Shown here: positions 53,642 through 64,000 of the stretch, piece by piece | Position numbering within the stretch: the stretch's first letter is position 1 | How the letters are laid out: each line of letters opens with the position of its first letter | Source of the DNA: Eledone cirrhosa | Taxonomy: Eukaryota | Assembly: GCA_964016885.1 (NCBI GenBank) | Contig: OZ024740.1 | Coordinates: 277,574,001-277,638,000, forward strand | Direction of reading: 5' to 3' | DNA: 64,000 nt | Program-made: the position numbers and the translations under genes | The notes under the pieces: generated by a model | Told to the model about the DNA's origin: nothing | The model's database searches: none | Seen by the model: the letters and a program-made list of their open reading frames with translations, nothing else

Positions 53642-55035
53642 ATCAAGACCCACAAGAATAGCACTAAGACGCAAATAAGACCCATCGTCTCTAGCATAGA
53701 AGGACCCCTATACAAAATTTCCTGGCTTCTCTCCCAGGTCCTCAAGCCTCTACTCTCCACCTTCCCCGGGCATGTCAGTAGCTCCGACGAAGTTATACGT
53801 AGACTACACCAACTCCAGCCAGAACAACTTAAACTAAATAAATACGCTTTTAGCCTCGACGTTGTCTCCCTCTACACTACAGTCCCCGCTCACCCAGCTG
53901 TCGATTTATTGACGGACTGCGTGGTCGCAGAGAACATCCACTGCTACGGCCTCCACCCGACGGACATACACCAGCTTTTGTCCTTCACAGTAGACAACAC
54001 GTACTTCACCTTCCAACACCACACATACAGACAGACAACAGGATTACCCATGGGATCCAGCCTTTCGGGCCTGCTGGCCATCACCTACATGAACCAGCTA
54101 GAATGCCGAGCCCTCAACACCTGCCATTCCCATGCCTTCTTCACCCGATATGTAGATGACATACTCATCCTTACATCATCCCGTGAGGAGGCAGAGAAAA
54201 TATACACAACATTCTCCAGCATGGACGCCAGTATAAAGTTCAGCATGGAACACCCCGATGACCGCGGATCCCTATCCCTACTGGACTTCCAACTCAGGGT
54301 AACAGAGGAAGGCAACATCCACACCTGCTTCTATAAAAAATCCGCCAGCAGGGACCTGTTCGTACATTTCAGATCGGCCCTCCAATTCGGTGTCAAGTTC
54401 GGATACATAAAGAACGAACTGGCACGTATCAAGAACAAATGCACCGACGCCAGAGACCGAGACACACACACCACACATTTCCTGGAAGTACTCAAACTGA
54501 ACGGATACACGACATCCACCACAAACCGTGCCAGAAAGAACAGAGGACACCACACCCGAGGCACTAACACTTGCTTCCTGAAGCTCCCACACTTCAGTGA
54601 AGAAACAACAACAGCCATCCGCAGAGCCATCAGACGAGAGGGACTGGATATCCAACTGGCCCACTCGGGTCCTTCTCTGCGCGGACGGCTGGCCAAGAGA
54701 CACTCCACCAGACATGACAACTGCTGCAGACTAGCCAACTGCCCCATCAACGACACAGACCTATGCCACCAGGCTTACGTAGTATACAGACTAGAGTGTG
54801 ACAAATGCAACAACTTCTACGTAGGTAGCACCACCAGACCACTCCACATAAGAATAAAAGAACACCTCAATACTAACGCTTCCTCATTTAAGAAACACCT
54901 AGTTAAATGCAAAAACACCGATAAAAACATAACAGTTAGGATAGAAACTAAGGAAAGAAACCTCGGCAATCTTAGAATTAAGAAGCACTTATTATAGATA
55001 AAACGTATCCTCCAATCAATAATAGACTAGAGCTC
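53642..55035 (+). pseudogene. 5'-truncated PLE RT + GIY-YIG ORF (frameshift near C-terminus)
   Basis: IKTHK..IRPIVS, SLDVVSLYT, GLPMGSSLS, RYVDD, SLLD, NGY, VVY..YVGSTTRPLHIRIKEH. Confidence 0.93.
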
Positions 55036-55466
55036 AACACCCAATTTATAACCTGATAGGGCCTCTAGCCCCATATTTACACACCCCACACACACGCACG
55101 CGCACACACACACGCTTACACCTCCACTTATTCTCTCTCACACATACACACACAAAACCAGTTCTAACACCAGATAACACCTACCCCCCACTTTTACGAT
55201 TAGACCTTTCTTCCCACACTCACACACACACACCCACATACCTACACCTTCATGTATTCTCCCACACACATATACAGGCACGTATATAAAATTTAAAAAA
55301 AAAAAAAATTTAAAAAAACCTAAACAAACCCCTCTTAGAGGGAGACTACTCTTTTTCCACCTAATTTTAATTCTTTGATATTAGAGTTAGAACAGATACT
55401 CTATACTATTTCCGGTCAGCATGGCTTGGCTAGAGATTTAAGACGCTGGTTTGAAACCTTTACTTC

Positions 55467-55501
55467 CCTCTGAAGAAGAGATATTTTCTCGAAAATTAAG
55501 G
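55467..55501 (+). ncRNA. Minimal hammerhead-like motif in PLE 3' UTR
   Basis: CCT CTGAAGA A GAGA tattt TCTC GAAA AT TA AGG; stem III too short for a monomer. Confidence 0.6.
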
Positions 55502-55615
55502 ACATTTAAATAAATTCAAGGTGAAAGACAAATTCTCAACAATATCTTTTACTATTGCATTCTTTTTTCTATGTCCATACCTGCATTGTTTTGGCCTTAT
55601 TACACATATTCAAAC

Positions 55616-55688
<73 letters not shown>

Positions 55689-55783
55689 AAAGAATAGAGG
55701 TGTAACACACAATATATATATATATATAATACACATATATATATAATATATATATATATGTGTATTATATATATATATGTATG

Positions 55784-55850
<67 letters not shown>

Positions 55851-55965
55851 TTCGTTTCTGAATTTGTTTATCAACATTCTTTATCTGAAAACGTGTGTTG
55901 AAACCGATATTGTTAAACTTTGGGTGCGTGTGTTTCTTATTGGCAACATGACCCTCCCAAAGTAT

Positions 55966-56034
<69 letters not shown>

Positions 56035-56534
56035 ATATTAACAAATGGAAACTATATTTATTTCATTATACATATTTCAAGGACATCAAAGCAAATTATG
56101 GTGCGCTTTCATCAGATAAAATATAATATAGATCAATTTCATAAACAAATATTGATATACCTTTAAAGAATGCGACCATGTCGTTTGGAAGCTCCCGGAT
56201 AGTGGGGTTACTAATTTTATTATTGGTCTATTATGCAAATTAGTGTCGGAAAGGTTTAAATCCTGTACATTTAAATTAAGCCATTGGAATAGGGAAAAAA
56301 AGAAAAAGAAAAAGAAAAAGAAAGAGCAAACCCAAAGAAGGAAAACAAAAGAAAGAGAAAGAGTGAAAACCCTAAGTGAGAGAGTGTTGTATTAACGTAA
56401 TTTATGAGATGATGAAGCGAAAAAATAAATATATAGTTGAATAAATAATTTGTTGAGTGCTTTATATTAGTTATAAAAATATTTGCTTGTTGTATCCCAA
56501 CAAATTAAATATAACTTCTACATATATATATATC

Positions 56535-56880
56535 ATCATCATTCATCATTTCATTTTACGTCCGCTTTTTCCCTGCTTGCAAGGGTGGGACGGGAAGTGA
56601 TTCTGGCTTGATTTCTACAGCTGGATGCCCTTCCTAACACCAACCTCATTTACAGTGAGTGCTGGGTGCTTTTTTTCCGTGACACCTCCACGACCACTTT
56701 GTAGTGGAATGATAGGGACCCCAGTCCCTATCATCTCATTTCTACAGCTGAGTAAGCTGGAGCAATGTGAAATAAAGTGTCTTGCTCAAGAAAACAACAC
56801 ATCACCCGGTCTGAGAATTGAACTCACAACCTTTCGATTGCAAGGCCAATGCTCTAACCACTAAGCCATGTGCCTCCACA
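56535..56880 (-). mobile_element. tRNA-derived SINE (second family)
   Basis: A-box TGGCTTAGTGG, B-box GTTCAATTC, (ATG)n tail. Confidence 0.82.
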
Positions 56881-57289
56881 TGTGCCATATATATATATAT
56901 ATTTCATTAATTGCTATTGGAAATAAAGTGAATGATTTTTTTTCTTCGTGTTTCGTTATAATTAGAAGCCGATATACTGAACACAATGCATTGATTAATC
57001 ACTGACAGGTAGCTCAAAACTTCTCGATCTAGAATCTACACGTTAATATACTATTCAACGAAGGTGTCTGTACGATCAACCTACTAGACACAGCAGGAAA
57101 AATTACCTCATAATACTCTCTTAAATAAATAAAGACACTCTTGGTAAAACATTGTGGTATCTGATAACAAGAGAAAATTAAACGTGTTGGTCATGACTTG
57201 ATACTTTTCAGCGTAAATATACTCAGTAAAGGTGCTTTGTGGTAAGAGAATCTAATCTAATCTGGCCGAGTTTACACTCGTAAATAAGA

Positions 57290-57745
57290 AGAACCAGGGA
57301 CGCCCACAGGAGCATTGGATTTGATGTACTTCATATTTGTTTCGTTTGTTGAATACAACCAGGAGTTGCTTCTTCTCCTGAATGTCAATAGTTCACTTCT
57401 AACTCGAGCGGAAGCGCCTTTCCATTGTCAATTTGCATTGATCATCTGCAAAAAGCCGCATTGTTCTCAGAACCACTACACCAGTCTTTTGGTGCATGCA
57501 GCTAGAACTACTGTCACCCATTGATTTGGTAGGATTCTTTTTTTTTTTTTTTCAGATGGCTGTTGACTCTTATGAGTTCTTCGGCCCTTTGTCAGGTTAT
57601 TTTTTTTTGTCCTGCAGGATGTCCAAAATCACCCTCCTCACCAAGTAAACTTGGTTGGGTTGCCGGTTTAGTCGTCGACGACTCGACCATGTGACAGAGT
57701 GTACTGGGTTACATACTACCAGTATCACTCAAGAGTGACCTGACA
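57290..57745 (-). mobile_element. RTE-like 5' UTR-derived repeat
   Basis: 57555-57690 is homologous to 2835-2975. Confidence 0.55.
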
Positions 57746-59919
57746 TAAGAGAAATTACAACTGAATTTCAACATTGTAATCTTCCTTCATTTATTTAATT
57801 ATGCTTTCCCATCTTTTCCCCCCAGACACAAATGTAAACAAATCATGTTTTCCAATTGGTTGTTAAACAGAACTGCCAACTTGTGAAATTAGAGTGGAAA
57901 TAGGTTTGAATTCCCCCAGATACGTGAACCCTTAACGTAGTTCTCTGGGAGATTAAGCGTTACACGTGGTATGACATGGCTGGCTCCTTGAATTATATTA
58001 TATATATATATATATATATGTATATAATAATAATTTTAAACGATATATATAATAGATATATCAATTAAGAAACAAACCAAGCTTTAATACATTTGTACGT
58101 ATGTACGTACTGTATATTTAAAAATATACAGTATGTTTATGAAAACACATTTAGCAGGCGTTTCTCTATGAATTTTAAGGTGGTGACAAACGTCATATAT
58201 CAAGTTTCAGCAAAAACAGGTGGAAGTAATCGACGATGCCATAAGTGATTGTCAAGACTACATATCTCCCCGTCTTTGCTGAAGCTAATCTAAGCTAGAT
58301 TCTTATAGTATTCCGCTTGTGTTATGAGCTGTTGAAACTCATTTGCATACGGAGTGGTAACCGAACCAGCATCAGTTGGAAATGTGTATTGCTTCTCCGA
58401 AATAGCGAATGTGTATTGCTGCTCCGAATGTACGTATTGTATATTTAACAATATACGGTATGTTTATGCAAAAACATTTTGGAGGCCTTCCGCTATGAAT
58501 GTTAAGATAGTGACAACACTGTTTCATTTATACAAGGTATCTTAATATTTGTGTTTTCAACAATACTTTTGATTTTATTAATAGGATATATACGTATTAA
58601 AGTAAAGAAATAGCTATTTTATAGATAATCAATATTAATTAATAATCCGTACTCTCATGGTTTTAATATAAGCACTTTTGTTTTATTACACCTCTTCTGG
58701 TTTCTATATGTTTCGTAGATTCTAAAGCTTGCTGTTGCATTACCCATTTAAAAATTATAATCTCATTAATATTTGAATTTATATATCATTAAAAGTTAAT
58801 AATTTAATTTTTATAAAAATTATATAGAATATTTAAAGCAAATGACATTCAATAACTTTTCAAATCATTTATGATTGTTTTGAAGTTATCTAAAAAGCCT
58901 GTGTTTAGATAAATTACATGAGATTTCTGTTCTAATACCGTACTTCGACCCCTGTAAAGATAGTAATAGACCTTTCATTATGTGTTTTTTCCAAGTTGAC
59001 AAGAGGAGTGTTCTTCAAAAATCGTGAGCCCTTTGCAAACCAACTTGCATTGCTCTTTTATCGGCTCTGGCCTGTTCAAATCTATCAACTAACTCTGTGT
59101 TGTTTGTGTAACTTGTTGAGAAACTACTGTCTGTTCCTTTGCACAACAACAGTAATTTACTCTTTAAATGATGCCTGGATCTCTGCTAGAAATCTGTATG
59201 TAAAAATAGCTCTGCTGATATTTAAGAAAAGTCTATATTTGGAAAACTTTTTGTACTTTCAACTAAAACATTATCTACAGTAAGATTTATATCATCGTCA
59301 TATTCACATTACTGTGACTGCACTATGCGATTGTACACGAGAAAGCTACCTACTGTCTTGCATCTTAGTATTAACATTTTGTGTATTCATCACCGACAAA
59401 ACTGTCTAGTATGGTGCAGACTTAACACAAAAACACCTTCGACCTGGGACATATATTCCAGCCTGTTAAATTTATCGTCCACTACTTTTACTGTTTCAAA
59501 TTTAACCAAAAATACAGCAGTCTTATTCATTTTCAATGAGTATGGAAAACACTTTTCTTTTCAAAACCCTGTAAATGTTCATGGGTACTACCTTTCTCTC
59601 CTTGATTAAACAATCAAGAAAAAAACACCATTTTCAGCAATTACACATTTTTAATCTCAGTGTGATAATTAACAAGTATTCAGCTGCAGAGTGCGTCTGA
59701 AGGCAAAATGTGTGATACTGAATCCTAATTGAAATCCATTCCTTTCATATATTCTAGAAGTTCTTTTAAGCTAGAGTACATGCAAATTACACTATCTCTT
59801 TACTTCTCTCGACTCTTTCACCTCTTTTATACAATTCTATTTTTTGTGCTTAAGAACAGATTTAAAAAGGAAAAGGAATTCAGCATATCTGAACTTAGTA
59901 CTGCTAGACAAAATACTTA

Positions 59920-60255
59920 GGAAGATATTATTTCGTTTGTCAACACTCATGATCTAGACGTCGCAAATGTATTTGCCACCATTAAAGCACAATAAAGATA
60001 CCTCAATCATCAACAGTAAATGCCAACCAAAGAACCGAAAATCCATTTCACGGGAGCAATCTTCTCATCAGAAAATAATTCCAAAGTTCTCGTAAATACT
60101 TGTAGATATACCGGCTGGGGCGTATGCAGTGGCAACGGCTGTAACTATTTCGAAACTGGTTCAAAGGCGAAATTCAAAACCTGAAAATTCTTTAAAATAT
60201 TGCATAATCTGTCACGGCTGTAAAGAGAATTATATGGGTGAGTCCAGTAACTTTA
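59920..60255 (+). pseudogene. Highly decayed PLE fragment, possibly interrupted at 60256 by a mariner-like end
   Basis: IISFVNTHD and YCIICHGCKENYMGES motifs, followed by TACGAGGGTCGGTTGAA. Confidence 0.45.
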
Positions 60256-61847
60256 CGAGGGTCGGTTGAATAATTCTTACGCTGACAATGAAGGGATGAT
60301 ACTTGGGCTATTAAATATTAATTTCAACTCCTCTTATTAATAACTGCATTATTTCTTTGTATAAACTATGTTGAAGAATAAACCTCATTTAATCATTCTA
60401 TGGGAGTATCTCATCAACCTGTGGACTTTTCAGCCTATGAACCGTTCAGTCGAACGTCCTATATGTGAGCCGGTGAGAGTACACAAACCACAGGTATGAA
60501 AACATGAACTAAAGAGAATACAACGGAATAAATATTTAGCAAGAAATGGAGGAATATTTTATATAGAAATTCACTTCGACATAAACTATAACAACTCTAC
60601 ATAAAGTGATTCAAAAATACACGTAACAAACGTGCAGTCTGACTACTCTTTTAACAACTACATCTTAATCTTGGTAATCCTTTGTGATAGATGAAAATAC
60701 TGGATTCAAACTATAAACAATGAGCCTAAAGTGACGTGTTTGCGAAGCGAACTCCTTAACTACACGATCGTGTCTGCGCCTAGTTTATGTACATATATGC
60801 ATGCATATATTTTGATGATAATTTCTTTCTTTTTATATATGTATGTTGACGAACATGCATGTATATCTATGAAGTAGTAAAGACTTCCATATATATTGCT
60901 GTGTACGTGTGTGAGTATGTTTGCATGATGGTTTTATATAAGCCGACGGTTTTTCTGTATACCTCTTTCTTCTGTTGCTTACCACCTCCCGCAAAATGAA
61001 ATATAGCTAAAATTGAACATTGTCATCAAGAAAGCCAATTCTACCTCATCTTTTCTTTCCCCATTTTTCGTATTTTTCTCTAATTTACTATCGTCTTTCT
61101 TTATCTCTTTGTCTATGTAATTGTTTATCGGTTTCACATTGCTGTAATTGTCTAAGCCAATTCTGCCTTGTCTTTCCCCTCTGTCTCAAATTTCTGTCTT
61201 ACATCTTTCGTCCTTTTGTATATATAATTACTTATTGTTTAGAAGTTCTTTAATTATCTTTTATGATATATGTGTGTGTTGCAATCTATTATGCATTCTT
61301 ACTAATTATGTATCAGAGTTAATTACGTTAGATCTCTGAACATCTAACAAAATTACGTATTTCGTTAATTTAGTTAGTTCTTCGAAATTACCTACACCAA
61401 CACATACACCTCTTTTTCTATTAATTTTTATATTTTCCTTGTCTTATATTACATTCCTTCTGAATCAATGATAGAACCTCTCACGTGGTCACTTGCATTA
61501 TTGGAAATAGCAAATGAATTTCCTTTAAATCACCTCTTGCGTTCTTGAGAGAAGGAAAGGCACATTGGATGATGTAATCCCTTCCAGCAGAGACCATACT
61601 ATACTTTCTATACCCGGGATTATATTATTGTATGTGCTTTTCCTTCTGTTTAAGCTGAAAAGATATGATCTTAAGGGGATTTAGCTGCTATTTTAAAATA
61701 TCAACGGACTACACAGAAGGCTCGACATGCTGCTTGATAATGTGATGAAGAGGTTGTTTTAGATTTTACAGTTACATTTTAACTCATACTGCTCCAACAT
61801 GGCAAACGTTGACAACACACTAGTAGTAGTAGTAGTAGTAGTAGTAG

Positions 61848-63920
61848 GTGGGTTTCAGGAAAAGGACGCAGTACAACCGATCAATGCCTCCGACTCTCCC
61901 AATTCATCTCGGATGGGTTCCAGTCGTTGCAGCGCAAACGCACCCTAACCACCTTTTTCGACTTTAGCAGGGCGTACGATCGTGTCTGAAGAACCGGACT
62001 ACTGTAGAGCATGCTGAGGCTTGGTGTGCCCCTACGTTTTGTTGAATGGTTGTCGACATGGTCTGAGAACCGCACCGCGAGAGTCCGTCTTAACTCAACG
62101 ACAGGTAGGAGCAGAGTGTTAAAAGAAGGCCTTCCACAAGGGGCCGTCCTGCCTCCAATCCTCTTCACGGTCTACATAAACAGACTCCTAGATGGATTTG
62201 AAGAATCTACGCACGTCAACGCCTACGCAGATGATCTGGCGATCGTGTGTAACGGAAGGAATAAAGATGAAGTAGCCGTCCTACTACAAAAAGAGGTTGA
62301 CAAGGTAGCTGAATGGAGCAAGGAAGCTAGACAGCAGCTCAATATTAATAAATGCGAGACAGCATTTTTCTGTCTTGATGGAGCAGAGGCAAAGTGGCAG
62401 CCCAATATCGCAATAGCCGGGAAGCAACTTTCTTGCAACCCTTTCCCAAAATTCATGGGCATCACATACGATCGGCAGTTAACCTTTGGGGAACATGTCG
62501 AGAAGGTATGTCGAACTATCCAATCGAGAACGAACCTGCTAAAGACTGTAGCAGGAACGACGTGGGCCTGGAAGAAGGCGGGTCTTCGCCAAATCGACAG
62601 TGCCGTACAACGAAGCATCACAGAATATGCGGCTCCGGGGTGGACACCCTGGTTGTCTGACACCAACATCGGCAAGCTCGAAAGAGTACAACTAGACGTG
62701 GATCGAGCCATCACCTGCCAAGTCAGAACTCCCCCCCCCCCGACCGAAACTGTGCTAGCAGAATCCCAGTTACCTACGCTCTCCTCCAGATTCTCGACAT
62801 TTGCACTGCTTAAAGCTGATCACTGGGCAAACCTACCAAAGACGGACAAATGGCACAAAGTTTTCAATACCAGCTACCGAAAAAGGCTCAAAAAGACAGA
62901 CTGGAGAGGTACCCAATCCCAGCACCTGGCACGACTACATCTTATCCCTTCGAGACCCCTACCAAAGAACCCAGAACCTCCCCTATGGCTACCGCACCCT
63001 CCATACATGTAATCTACACCAATACCCCAAAGTCCCAAAACGCAAACCAACAACTGACGGCAGCCTTAGACACCATATCAACCCTCGCCCCGTCAGATGT
63101 TCAAATCTACACCGATGGGTCTACAAAAGAAGGTACTACTGATGGCAGAGATGGTATGGTCATCATGAAAGATGGTGCGCTTGTCCACGAGTGGCATACA
63201 GCAACAGGTGCTAGAAGTAGCTCCTTTCACTCAGAAAAAGCTGCGCTGAGAGAAGCCATCCACTGGTTACAAACCAATAACGCAAAATGGACTTCGGCGA
63301 CCATCATCTGCGACTGTAAATCTCTAGTTCAGGCAGTCGACAACTCTGCCCCCAAAGATTCCACTATAACAGAACTCCAGGCAGCAGTTAACAACCTCGG
63401 AGAAAATAAAAACCTAACTGTTGTATGGGTCCCTGGTCACTGTAATCTATAAGGGAATGAACTAGCAGACAAACTCGCAAAGCAGGGCTCCTCACTTCCA
63501 CAACCTAACACCCCTGCTGACCATGCCACGAGACAAGTTCTCAACAAAAGTGAGTGTAGACCAGCACCCTTCACCCACGTGAAGAAAACCTTCAGAAAAC
63601 CGCCGGACGAGAGAGTCGAAAAGAGAGTCGAAGGCTGATCTCACCCACCTTATCTGCTTCAGAAGTGGGCACCTTCCAGCACTTCGCAGGTGGCAGCTAC
63701 TGACTGACAAATGTGAAGACAGCACTTGCAGACTCTGCGGTGAAGAGAAGGAGGAGTCTGAACACCTCTGGCTACGATCCCCTGCATTGGCGATCGAGTG
63801 ATACCATCACCAACTCGGTACATCCTTAGAGGAATTAGTCCGTCTCCCAGTCGCATCTCTAGCGCTTCTGAAGAGGATCCTCAGGCGCCTGAGGTGAATC
63901 AACAACAACAACACAACAGC
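61848..63920 (+). mobile_element. 5'-truncated non-LTR retrotransposon with RT + RNase H (I superfamily, possibly Ingi-like)
   Basis: FFDFSRAYDRV, GLPQGAVLPP, YADD; RNase H QIYTDGS..E..D..WVPGH..GNELAD; CRLC..H finger; (CAA)n tail; stops and frameshifts. Confidence 0.9.
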
Positions 63921-64000
63921 AGCAGCAACATCTGTTTTGAAACAACTTGCAATAGTAACAGTAACAATATGGGTGAGGGTAAATAGTGCAGAGGCGTGTC

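Noticed and set aside
58130-58530. Diverged ~70-bp direct repeat about 330 bp apart
   Set aside because: No ribozyme core or other diagnostic feature found.

Overview
AT-rich, repeat-saturated animal DNA, probably from a cephalopod (inferred from the SINEs, not verified). No confidently callable host gene; one candidate exon. The first 56 kb is a nest of Penelope-like retroelements (PLEs: RT + GIY-YIG) and their non-coding derivatives, mostly inserted in (TA)n tracts. Many are 5'-truncated fold-back (inverted) copies, and most carry a type I hammerhead ribozyme (HHR) motif near the 3' end (about 25 intact or decayed motifs read by eye). Also present: a degenerate R4-type RT-REL element, an RT-RNase H LINE, tRNA-derived SINEs, RTE-like non-autonomous repeats and micro/minisatellites. 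Main novelty candidate: a retrozyme-like tandem-repeat family at three diverged loci (2.2 kb, 19.8-20.9 kb, 26.2-29.2 kb). Its conserved ~101-nt motif has all hammerhead core nucleotides and co-varying helices, but in the order UH, GAAA, CUGAUGA. That is not a circular permutation of types I/II/III and implies a doubly pseudoknotted hammerhead with a kink-turn. All structures were derived by eye; no activity or database check was possible.
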